DNA of 58,366 nucleotides, the filler included, from Bipalium vagum (lineage: Eukaryota): assembly GCA_037834085.1 (NCBI GenBank). It is 3 parts of 3 records of this genome, joined end to end, with 100 filler letters (N's around TTAATTAATTAA, not from the genome) between each part and the next. Parts side by side here need not be neighbours in the genome. Positions count along the whole stretch, not along the records: positions 1 to 17,663 come from JBBMKC010056484.1; positions 17,764 to 39,995 come from JBBMKC010224889.1; 1 more part is not named here. One strand, written 5' to 3'. This document shows, one piece after another, positions 10,601 to 19,789 of this stretch. The translations under genes and the position numbers were made by a program. A model generated the notes under the pieces. The model was given only the letters and a program-made list of their open reading frames with translations, searched no databases and was not told the origin of the DNA. Each line of letters opens with the position of its first letter. Position 1 is the first letter of the stretch.

Positions 10601-13178
10601 ATTCCTAGATCCCAGAACTTGGGTGGATTTTATTATCGAAAATTAATTTCTTTGATTCTCTTTTACCGAAAGAAGATAGAGACTCAATGGGGCATCTCTA
10701 TATTAATTACATTTGATTTCAAAATTTGGTTGACTGCATCCAGAAGACGAAGATTCCGTTCTCAGTCCATTTTTCGTCTATTCGTCATCCAAGTTCTTCA
10801 AAATCTTTTAAAAACTCACCACATTTTGTCTAAAAGAAGCTAAACAATTCTTTTGCATACATTCAGCCTCTCAGATAGCTGCGTTTGATTATTTTTTCGT
10901 TCGTTTTTCACAATACCCTTTAATTTCATCACTAATTTCCACAGTGCTTCCACTTTTGATTATATCGAATAAACTTGTTCAAACAGATGAAAATTGTCGG
11001 ATCCAGTTATAAATGGTCAGCTGAGATTGGGCTTTTTCAGCATGTAGGCCTTGAAGTTGATTAATGAATTTTTTCTTGCCAGATCCCTTGAGTAGTAAAA
11101 AACGGATCTCATTGCGAAGTTCCACATTTTCAAACATTTTTAAATTAAAATAATCTAGTACAAACAAAAATTAAAATATTTAAGCTAATCGTATATATTA
11201 CACAATACTTACATAATATATGATTATTATTTTAAGTATAAAATTCTTTTTAAGTATCTTCAATATTTCTATGTACTTTTAGCTTTACCACGTATAACAG
11301 TACTGTACTAAATCTGAGAATTATAGTTTTAAAAGTTTTTTATTTAATGTAATTTTTATTAGTAATTAAATTTTCAGCAAATTTTAAAAAATATTTTATT
11401 GCTACAAATATATATAGAATGTTACTTTTAAAAAAACAAAATTATATATTTTTTATTTCATATTAAAAACAACTTGAAAAATATAAATGCAATTATAATT
11501 TATCGAATGTTGTCAATTTATTTATTTATTAATATTTTCAGTCGACATATCTAATTAAAAAAGAAGATAAAATAAATATTCCTAAAAAATGGATTTTATG
11601 AAAAATAAATATAAAGCTTAATTATATTTGACTACACCATGAGTGGGTTGGATTAACGGTTAAATATATTGAATATATATAATGAATTAATCAAATTGAT
11701 TTAATTTTATTAATAATTTATTATCGATTAAATTCAGGACTTCCGTGCTTGGTTATTGGTATACTTATTGGGGCTCGCTATATATTTGAGGATACAGGAT
11801 GTTGGATAATCGATAATTTAAATATTAGTCGATGGATAATGATCAGCTATCCGACAATCACAATTCTGGTAAATTAGAAATTTAATTAAACCCATTCATT
11901 TATTTTTAATTAAATTATAATTATCAACATAAATACCTTCTTTGTTCTGCAAAAAGTATTAAGGTATTACCAATGGACTAAGACAGTTTAAAAATGCCGT
12001 TCACTATAACTGTAATGGGGAATCTTATGATGTTATGTGATAGTAGATTAATATTAATAGACTGGTGAATTATCTTAATTTTCCGACAAATTATCTCTGG
12101 GATATAAAAGAAATTGAATAAAATATAATAAAAAAAATTAGAAAATTTCAGATTATAAAGAGGCATAATAAAAGTTGTGCTTTGAAAACTAATTAATTTA
12201 ATTTTTAATAAAATTTTTTATAAAACTTATTTAAGATTGTATTTAATATAGTTTTAATTTTATTGTTCTCAATAAGTCTTAATCCTTTTTCACTATTAAT
12301 ATTAAAATTAAAATGTTTTTTAAAAAATTATTTTTATGTTTTTCATTTTTTATAATTTTTTTTAAAAAATGAAACTAACTTAATTTCTGATAAAATTTTC
12401 AGCTTTTTCACCAGACAATTGTTTGTTTTAATCAAATATCATGTTATATTTATTAAATTTTGATTAAAAATAGATTCTTATAAAAATAAATAACCTTCCA
12501 ACTGCTCAATGGAATTCTTGAAAGGCTTTTTGATTTGTGAAGATTTATTACGAAAATATTTTTTAAAATAATTATTTAATGAAAATGTTTATTTTATAAT
12601 TTTAATGTTTTATATTTATGAAATTTTGATAAATTAAACAACTTTTTTTCATCATAAAAACATTTTTTGATTTTAGTAAAAATAATGATAATTACGCAAT
12701 AGTACAGCCCCGTGGATATAAAGAAATAAATTGATTTTAAGAAAAAAATTGTCGAAACAAGAAGTGTCAATGATGAAAAAAAAGTTGTATGAAAGCCTAA
12801 CGGAATGGTTTTAGGCCTTCATCTCATGAGAGTAACCATAAGAGTCTGGTCGAAAACTGTCACAAAAGATATTCCTGTTGGGAATGAAAATGTTGCAGTA
12901 CAATAAATTGAATAAGAACGTCAAGCAAAAAGATAATTAATAGAGATTTGGGTTATTAAAAGGAGGAAAATAATTGATTAAAAATAAAAGGATTTTTCTT
13001 ATAAATTTATTGATTTTCACTAAATTTCGTCTATTGAGAATTGAAGAATAAAATTTTAATAAAACTCATTGAAATATTAAATTTCTTTTCAGTGCAACGT
13101 CTTTTTCTTCTTTCACATCACAAGAGAAATATTTATCAAAATCCGCCAGGAACCTTCACATGAACGACATCGATATAG
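1533..13178 (+). CDS. Class B1 (secretin-family, PTH-receptor-like) GPCR, partial: join(1533..1627,4313..4421,9136..9295,11738..11868,13093..13178); covers TM1 to ICL3; ectodomain and TM6-7 exons not found
   Basis: Spliced translation TKIEVVENLGSVGYGISILCLIIAIGIMLKFR/KLHCTRNTIHVHLFVSFLLRGCFHFLQLTYHLQDLN/IWLCKFLVVLENFLIEASYTWVFIEALYLHNTIFVHVLSESKARLWMYISIGWG/LPCLVIGILIGARYIFEDTGCWIIDNLNISRWIMISYPTITIL/CNVFFFFHITREIFIKIRQEPSHERHRYR. It carries the 7tm_2 hallmarks GY.(I/L)S, FRKLHCTRN.IH..LF.SF, E.LYLH, IGWG.P and the ECL2 CW. All introns are GT-AG with matching phases (2,0,1,0). Confidence 0.95.
1900..2870 (-). mobile_element. Decayed Tc1/mariner-superfamily (ITmD37E-like) transposon
   Basis: Minus-strand FWPDLLS near 2250 and VEKHDNRSN..PIEDF-like text near 2120-2180; boundaries approximate. 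Confidence 0.6.
2908..3962 (-). mobile_element. Internally deleted mariner with imperfect TIRs
   Basis: Ends TACGAAGGCTGTTTGAAAAGTAATAAGAACACAC versus (reverse complement) TACGAGGATTGATGGAAAATTAATAATAAAACACAC; N-terminal HTH relic ICLNNEISCADVLK...VYKWYKPFKE at about 3430-3540. Confidence 0.7.
4313..4421 (+). CDS. Class B GPCR exon (ICL1-TM2)
   Basis: ttaag|A...AAT|gtatgt; KLHCTRNTIHVHLFVSFLLR. The listed ORF 4289..4483 is a different, wrong frame. Confidence 0.95.
4879..6051 (-). mobile_element. Near full-length decayed mariner
   Basis: Start MIEQKYRIRICLINEYKQG at 5885; WLSPGEPTKK and KKNLLCVWWNIRG motifs; many stops and frameshifts; end coordinates approximate. Confidence 0.85.
6355..7330 (-). 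mobile_element. pogo/Tigger (CENP-B-like) transposon relic with internal deletion
   Basis: ORF 7056..7253 LSVNEKQKILESYDKL.KMNHRSAAINLNDSQP resembles a CENP-B-type N-terminal HTH. It is followed by VANNSIINCFEKSEF (DDE_1 C-terminal TI.NCF.K.GF). Tigger-like terminus GTAGAAACCGTTTAATGTGATCAC at 6356. The 5' end is uncertain. Confidence 0.75.
8115..8522 (-). mobile_element. Short non-autonomous mariner derivative (MITE-like), 408 bp
   Basis: TIRs TTAGGTTTACAACTATGACTCCGACTTT and reverse-complement TTAGGTGTACAACTATGACACCGGCTTT, TA on both flanks; internal PYIAPSDYHLLRSL is a YSPDLAPSDYHLF relic. Confidence 0.92.
8634..8907. other. Scaffold gap
   Basis: Plain N run inside GPCR intron 2. Confidence 0.99.
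9136..9295 (+). CDS. Class B GPCR exon (TM3-ICL2-start of TM4)
   Basis: tttag|ATT...TGGG|gtaaat; WLCK...WVFIEALYLH...IGWG. Confidence 0.95.
9960..10600 (+). mobile_element. Mariner relic
   Basis: HTH remnants (LLCYYEKG, ITLMLAQDFKV) and a DRGGIIHF segment. Confidence 0.65.
10600..11170 (-). mobile_element. Mariner relic (N-terminal half)
   Basis: MFENVELRNEIRFLLLKG...QLQGLHAEKAQSQLTIYNWIRQF is a typical mariner HTH. Confidence 0.8.
11738..11868 (+). CDS. Class B GPCR exon (TM4-ECL2-TM5)
   Basis: ttcag|GA...CTG|gtaaat; LPCL...RYIFEDTGCW...W.MISYP. Confidence 0.93.
13093..13178 (+). CDS. Class B GPCR exon (end of TM5-ICL3)
   Basis: tttcag|TGC...TATAG|gtagtt; CNVFFFFHITREIFIKIR...RYR, equivalent to the family's NF..F..I.RVL..KLR...YR. 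Confidence 0.88.
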
Positions 13179-13599
13179 GTAGTTTTGATTTTCAGTTGAT
13201 GAAATTTAATTAAAATTATTAATAATTAAAACGTTTGCGCAACCTCCAAAGTCATGAAATATTCACGTTGAAAAAGTATTTTAAATTATTTAATCATATT
13301 ATTGTTTTTGATTTATTAACTTTTTAAATGTGCTGAAAATTCTTTTTTTTTATTTATTTATCATAAAATTATATATTTTTTTTTGTCTTGATGTAAATAT
13401 GAATTTTGTATCCCATGTCTATTATAAAATGAATCAAAATCAATATAAAATTTTTTGATACGTATTTGTGCACTCTTTAGTTTTCATTTGATTTTTTATG
13501 AAATTTAAAATGGTTTTAAACATGTTCATATACTTAAATATTTTATTCATAATTTATATTTATATTAAATAAAATGAACTCTGAGATGTTATAGGGTGT

Positions 13600-14340
13600 A
13601 TCTTTAATAACTCTAATTTTTTAAAATCTATTTTTACGATTTACGGTAAAATAAAGCTTATTGAATATATAAATAAACGCATTTCAATGTTCTAAATCAG
13701 TTTGAAAGGATATTTTAAGTACGTTTTGAACTCTTTTTTCTATTTTCACCTTTCTTTCTATCTTTTCTTTTTCGGGTATTAATCTGCTAATTTTTCCATT
13801 GATGATCTTTTCTATCTGGATATGTATTCTTTTTCAACTTTTCTTTTATAATATCCAGTTCCTTATATATCTCTTTTTAATCTGATAAAGACCATACTCT
13901 ATGCATTAATCATTTTATTAATCCACTTTTATATCTTTCTTCACGGAGACTATTGTCTGAGGTATATAGTCCTGTATCCGCCTCTTTCCTAAATATATTG
14001 ATGTTTTATTTATTATTTGATTTTTCTTTTTAACAATAACATCTAGAAATGGCAGTTTTTCATTTCTTTGTTTCTCCATCCTGAAATTGATGTTTCCATG
14101 TAGACTGTTCATATATTTTATGGATCGATGTGATTTTCACTTTCGAATATTAAAAGCACATCATCAACGTATCTTTTTTAAGCCAGTGGTTTACTCCATT
14201 GATAATTGTCGATTTTCGTTAATAAGTAGTCCATGGATATTGATGATATTGTTGAACCAAGAATGTGGTAAAGTTATTTTGTTCCATTACAACGTATCGT
14301 TACATGTTTCACATAATATTATTTGTTTGAAAAATTAATT
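13600..14340 (-). mobile_element. Penelope-like retroelement RT fragment
   Basis: Minus strand KPLA*KRYVDDVLLIF (YVDD RT motif) followed by MNSLHGNINFRMEKQRNEKLPFLDVIVKK, typical of Penelope RTs. Confidence 0.85.
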
Positions 14341-14569
14341 TAAAAGATTGATTTAGGTTTCGAGCATTAACAATAATTAAAAATTTAACTTTGTTTTAAT
14401 GTTGTAAAAAATGTAGTGAGAAAGTATAATTTTAAGTTACAAAATGGTGGAGTTTCTTGATTAATGGACTTTCATATCTGTTGATGAAGGTTAATATTTG
14501 TCAAGATATTGCTGAATTATGGAATATGTGAAACGGTGATTGAAATGTAAAATTACTACCAATCTATAA

Positions 14570-15200
14570 TATTAGGTTATTCATATGAAATATAATATTT
14601 TCTATCTATACTTCAAAATAAAATTACTCAATAAGTAATAATTGCACATCTTGTCAAGTATTACCAAATTAAATCAATATGTAAACTTCAAGAATTTTAT
14701 ATATTGTATAGATATTTATATATTAAATTGAAGAAAATTATTTTTCATCATTGTCTAAGTATGCATGAAGATCGGGTTGTATACGATAATTGTTGAAGAT
14801 CAGTATAATGGTTAGACATTAATGGACAGCTCAAACAGATATCTTAATCAGATCTTACGAAAAGAATACAATAATATCTGTTTGGTATTCTGCAACTGGC
14901 TTAATCCATTATAATTTCTTAATATCTTGTGAAGATATCGTTGCACCGAAATAGGATCAGGTAACTGAGAACATGCACAGAAAACTGACCACCATACACC
15001 CGGCGTTGATTAGTAAAAAGAACCCTACCAAACTCAACATGTGATACCGGACAGTCTAATAACAACATTTCAGTGACCCGGAAAATGGATCTGAGAAAAT
15101 ATAAAAAGTGCTCGGAAAATATAAATAGAATATCCAACCGACCGAATCTCTATGAATCTCTGAATATATGTGATTGTTGAAATTTATTTTATAAAATAAT
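14570..15200 (+). mobile_element. Mariner relic (catalytic region)
   Basis: VVYDN...WLD and SVWYSATGLIHYNFL segments. Confidence 0.65.
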
Positions 15201-16299
15201 ATCTCAGAGAGCAATTATTTAATGCAGTAAAACAACTGTTACAGCTAGATAATATGAAATATATTACTTCAAAATAGTAATTATGAATTTAGAAAAAGCA
15301 ATACCACTTCTCTTTAGGGAGTCTGCACAAATTTAAGTTGCTTTTCTATTGTTACTTTCAAAAGTTAATCCAAAAACGTAAAATTTAATGTTTTAAAGTT
15401 GAAATATTTTGCTTGGGGATATTCGGAAGAAAAAATTTGACAATAAATAAACAATTCCGGGAATTCTTGAAATATTAAAAGGAATGGAAAATTTTTCCAT
15501 AAAAAAGTACATTATAAATTCCTTTTTAAAAAAAAAGATATCATTTACATTGGAAATTATAACTTTAAAAGTACTGTGGGGTATGACGAAAACACAGAAA
15601 CCTTACTAAAAATTTCTCCTTCATCGAGAAAAACGTCCGCATTTGGTGAAACATGAGATGGTATCAATTTGAGACGAGAAAACAATTCGAGAATAATTTT
15701 TATTTTTTTAAAAATTCAATAAAATGCATAGATAAATCTTTAAGTAAAGAATTTTGTTTTATTGTTGAAGACTTATTGATGATTTTTTGAAATTGGAATC
15801 CGTAGATGGAGATTCGAAGTAACATTACTGTTCAAGGATATGTCAATATTTCTTGAAGAAAAATTAATTAGGTTTCAACCTTTGAAAATCAAACTGTAAT
15901 TTATGATATAAATAAATATTGTGATATTAAAATATTTATATTTTCCTGAAAGCGTTATAATTTACATTAGAAGAATAATAATGAAAATATTATTTTATTA
16001 AGTCATTGGTTGTTTGATGATCAGTGTGTGGTCTATCAGCAAGTTTTGTGAGACCTTTTTTGAATTCATCGTGTTATCAAAATTTTGTTTACCGGTTAGA
16101 CAGATATGCAATTATTACACGATACATAAATTTTTCCTACAAACACTATTGTAAAAATATTATTGGGTCAATGATACTTTTAATCGACATTTACTTTTTA
16201 AACTAATTAAATTTGATTAAATATTAACGTAATCATATTTGTCTGTAGTATATTTAATTCCTGGAATATATTTCTAAGAAACATATAATTGAAGAACAT

Positions 16300-17220
16300 T
16301 CAATGGAAATAAGAAGTCTCGTAATTCAAAATTATAATGATGAAAATGAAACTTTTTCTTAAAGAAAAATTGCTCAACTTATCAAGATTCTAAAATCCAC
16401 TTTTTATAACATAATTGTAAAATATATAATGTCAAAGCAAGTTGAAAATAAAAAAGTAAGGAAAACAAATATTTTTACTGAGAAAGAAAAGATAAAAATA
16501 ATATGTAAGATAAAGATAAATCCAAATTTAAAGTGCTCCAAAAATTTTCTTCGAAATCCAAAATGATTTGATAAAGTCACTAAGTACTCAGACAATTCGA
16601 AATGTGTTTCTTTGAGTTGGATTTCCAAATAAATATGCAAAGGAGAAGCAAGATTAAAAGATTGAATTTGCTTGAGAGCATTTATTGTAAGATAATTCCT
16701 TCTTGAAATCAATTTTATGGCGGGGTTAGATCAATGTACGGTCATAGTGTTTGGGTCTGATGAAATATTACAAGTGTGGATAAAACCTTAAGAATCATTA
16801 AAAATGCAAAACTTGAATCTTACTCTGAAACACAGTGGTGGTTGTGTTATGCTTTGGGACAGTATAAGTTGTTCAATTATGAACCAAGAACAATTTGTGA
16901 CAATCAGCAAGACAACTTGGATTGTGTAGGCAATTTATTTTTCAACAGGTCAATGATCCAAAATCAACCTTGAAATATTTAAAAAAATAAAAATTACTTG
17001 ATGACATCAAAAAAGTCCTGATCTCAAAAATTATTTTGATTTTTTATTATTTGAAAGTGTAACAAAAGTTTAAGTAAATCTAAACTTTTATAACAATAAG
17101 AAATTAAATGTCAATATTAATAATACAATTGGCAGGAATTTTACTTAACTATTTTAACTTAAAATGTGAGATTTATAGGCATACACTACTATCCCATTAA
17201 TAGTTTTAAGCGGTGTTTTT
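16300..17220 (+). mobile_element. Tc1-like relic
   Basis: IVFGSDE (first catalytic D) and TLKHSGGCVMLWD (KHGGGSVMVWG motif). Confidence 0.75.
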
Positions 17221-17663
17221 GAATTTAAAAAAATCACTATAAAAACTTGATTGATTAGCTTCAAAACAGTTCATAAATTTACTAAAATGTTACTGTTCAT
17301 ATATGAAGTTAAAATATTTTCAACTAGTTCAATATAAACAAGATACTGAAAATATGTTTTATAATTTTACTGTTCAGTTAAATTAACATTTTACACAGAA
17401 AATTTATCAATTGTTCTTAGAACTTTATTATTAATAATGAGAACGAAAACAATTTTTTATAAATAATTTTAGAAGAAAAATTGTTCATCAAAAACCACAT
17501 ATTTTATTTTTAATGAAAATACCAGAACTACAGGGTGCGTGCGATATTTTCGGAATAAATTTGAACGTTAAATACAATGTTATTTAAATTTTTTCATTAA
17601 AAATTTAAATCAGTTTTATATAAAGAAAAGTATGTATTACAAAAATCCATTACAAAATAAAAC

Positions 17664-17763
17664 NNNNNNNNNNNNNNNNNNNNNNNNNNNNNNNNNNNNN
17701 NNNNNNNTTAATTAATTAANNNNNNNNNNNNNNNNNNNNNNNNNNNNNNNNNNNNNNNNNNNN
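17664..17763. other. Artificial contig-join spacer
   Basis: 44 N + TTAATTAATTAA (stops in all six frames) + 44 N = 100 nt. Confidence 0.97.

Positions 17764-17836
<73 letters not shown>
17764..17836. repeat. (AAT)n microsatellite at contig start
   Basis: Tandem AAT immediately after the spacer. Confidence 0.98.
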
Positions 17837-17838
<2 letters not shown>

Positions 17839-18329
17839 TTGGATGATATAAATAATAATTGGTTATTGGAACTATTTTTACTTTTTGAATTTATTTTTAA
17901 GACTATTTGTAAATAAGAAGCATTGTGACTTAAAATGATAATTTTTCGGGTTAAAAATAATTTTTTAATTTTGTAAATTGCCTACATTTAGCAAGGTTAT
18001 AATAAATGTTACGAAACCACCACTTGAGGTGTACGAAAAATAAATATTTAATTCTTACAAAAATGGAGATTAGTTAGTATTTGGTTAGGCCCTTACGGAC
18101 GTTGAAGACCTTTTCTTAAAAATAAATGAGTTAAGATTTTAATTTTTAATGTTTTATTCAGTAATGTTGACAGTATCAACATGAAAAAAGAGTTACGGTA
18201 GAAATTTTTTTCTTATTAAATTTGCGCTTTAAAAATGTGTTAAAAATTATTAATTATAGATTAGCTTAAAAGTTATGAAAGGGAAATAAAACCACTTGAT
18301 TGAAATTGCTATTATTACTGAAGATAGTC

Positions 18330-19160
18330 TACGAACAATTTAACACACAGACCAGCTCTTCTTCTGCAATAATTCTGTGTTAGAAGTCAGATTCTGGAAG
18401 GTTCATAAAATACTGTTCTACATCTGCTATAGCTTTGTCGTTTGAAAGACATTGTTTTAGGTTTCGGAAGAGTCAGAAATCACGTTAACCAAATCTGGTG
18501 AATAAGTTGGTTCAATTTAATTCTCGATTTTTGCCATTATTAAAACACTTGTGAACACATACATTATTTAGATTAAGGATATACTTTTCTTTTGCACCCA
18601 AAACCTTTTGGGGTTCCCATCATTCCATGCAACTGGTGTGATATCTTATTAAAGTATTTTGAACTAGTTTTACTAGTTTGCCTTTTTCAAGGTAGGATCC
18701 TAAAAACTGTTAACATCATCGTTTTTATCCTCTGCTCTCCTTTCACCTGGTTTGGAAATGAAATTCCAGCTTCAATTCACTGTAGACGTTTCCATTTCAA
18801 TCTATGATAATAGTGCTGAATTCCAGTTTTGGTTATTTTCATTTTAAAGTTCCAAATGATGTTCACAAACTCCTTGACCTAAGATGACCAAGCTCTCAGT
18901 AATCTCGGGCCTAGTCATAGTTCAGTCTTTATGTAGCCTATTTCATGAATTCATTCATTCAATGATTTCCAATGTTTGGGCATTTCTAGGACGTCCACTG
19001 CAAGCATCATATCTTTTGAACTCCAAAGCCCATCAATGAACAAAAGAAAAATAAAGTGCAGATCCTTCGAAAACTTTACCAATTTTACTGTGAATTTCCC
19101 CTGTAATTAATACTCCCAGAACAGGTAATTCTATGACTGCGCTAATTCAATTTTTTCGTT
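18330..19160 (-). mobile_element. Mariner relic
   Basis: Minus-strand HTH (SAVIE..., YDACSGRPRN) and KAG..IIEMET...KKMMLTVF.D segments; frameshifted. Confidence 0.7.
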
Positions 19161-19673
19161 CTAAAATTAATAAAGAACAAATCTTATTAATATGACATGT
19201 GTTATACAATAATTAAGTGATTGGTTAAAACAAAATTTTACATGTGTTATTTTGAAATATGATATATTAAAGATGCATAGAAACATTTGCTTTCATAACC
19301 CTTCGTGCATCTTATACCAAGATAAGTTTCATTTCCATTATTAAGAATTATGATTGGATATCTTACGAAAGAAAATTCCTTTTTTTTAAAGAGTTTGTTT
19401 TAAGAGTGACTTTTGTGAATAAACATTGATTTCTCAAAATATTTTTTTTAATTATTAAGTAACATTTTCTATAAGAATACCATATTTGAAATGTGAATTT
19501 ATGAAAGGACTGATACAATTGATGGAAAACACTTTACTTCTTTCATGTCATACTTTATGTGAAAATCATTATGAGAATAATTTGAACATAAAATTATAAT
19601 TTCCTTCTTTAATTATATCACTAAAATATTTACGATCACTGTCAAAGTCTTTGGATAATAAAAAGATAATTAC

Positions 19674-19789
19674 TTGAATAATGGGTTTGCAATTGCAGGA
19701 AATAGTTCCGGCAAGCACAGCTTGGGCCTCGACTTTCGCCGAAACATTGTTGAGATCTTCAACTATTCTTGGTATGACAGAATGCTTTT
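19674..19789 (-). CDS. FGFRL-like exon (Ig3 N-terminal half)
   Basis: tttcag|AA...CAA|gtaatt; EKHSVIPRIVEDLNNVSAKVEAQAVLAGTISCNCKPIIQ. Confidence 0.85.

Noticed and set aside
11978-12097. In-frame ORF upstream of the candidate antisense exon, separated by one TAG (read-through?)
   Set aside because: The TAG is more simply a splice acceptor, and the upstream peptide has no recognisable features.
15606-15830. Possible first exon of the antisense candidate gene (ends TTTA|gtaagg)
   Set aside because: It needs a frameshift in an A-run and has no recognisable homology.
19699-19771. Plus-strand exon-like segment (ttgcag...gtatga) as the missing GPCR TM6/7 exon
   Set aside because: No frame gives class B TM6/TM7 motifs, and the opposite strand is a phase-matched FGFRL Ig3 exon.
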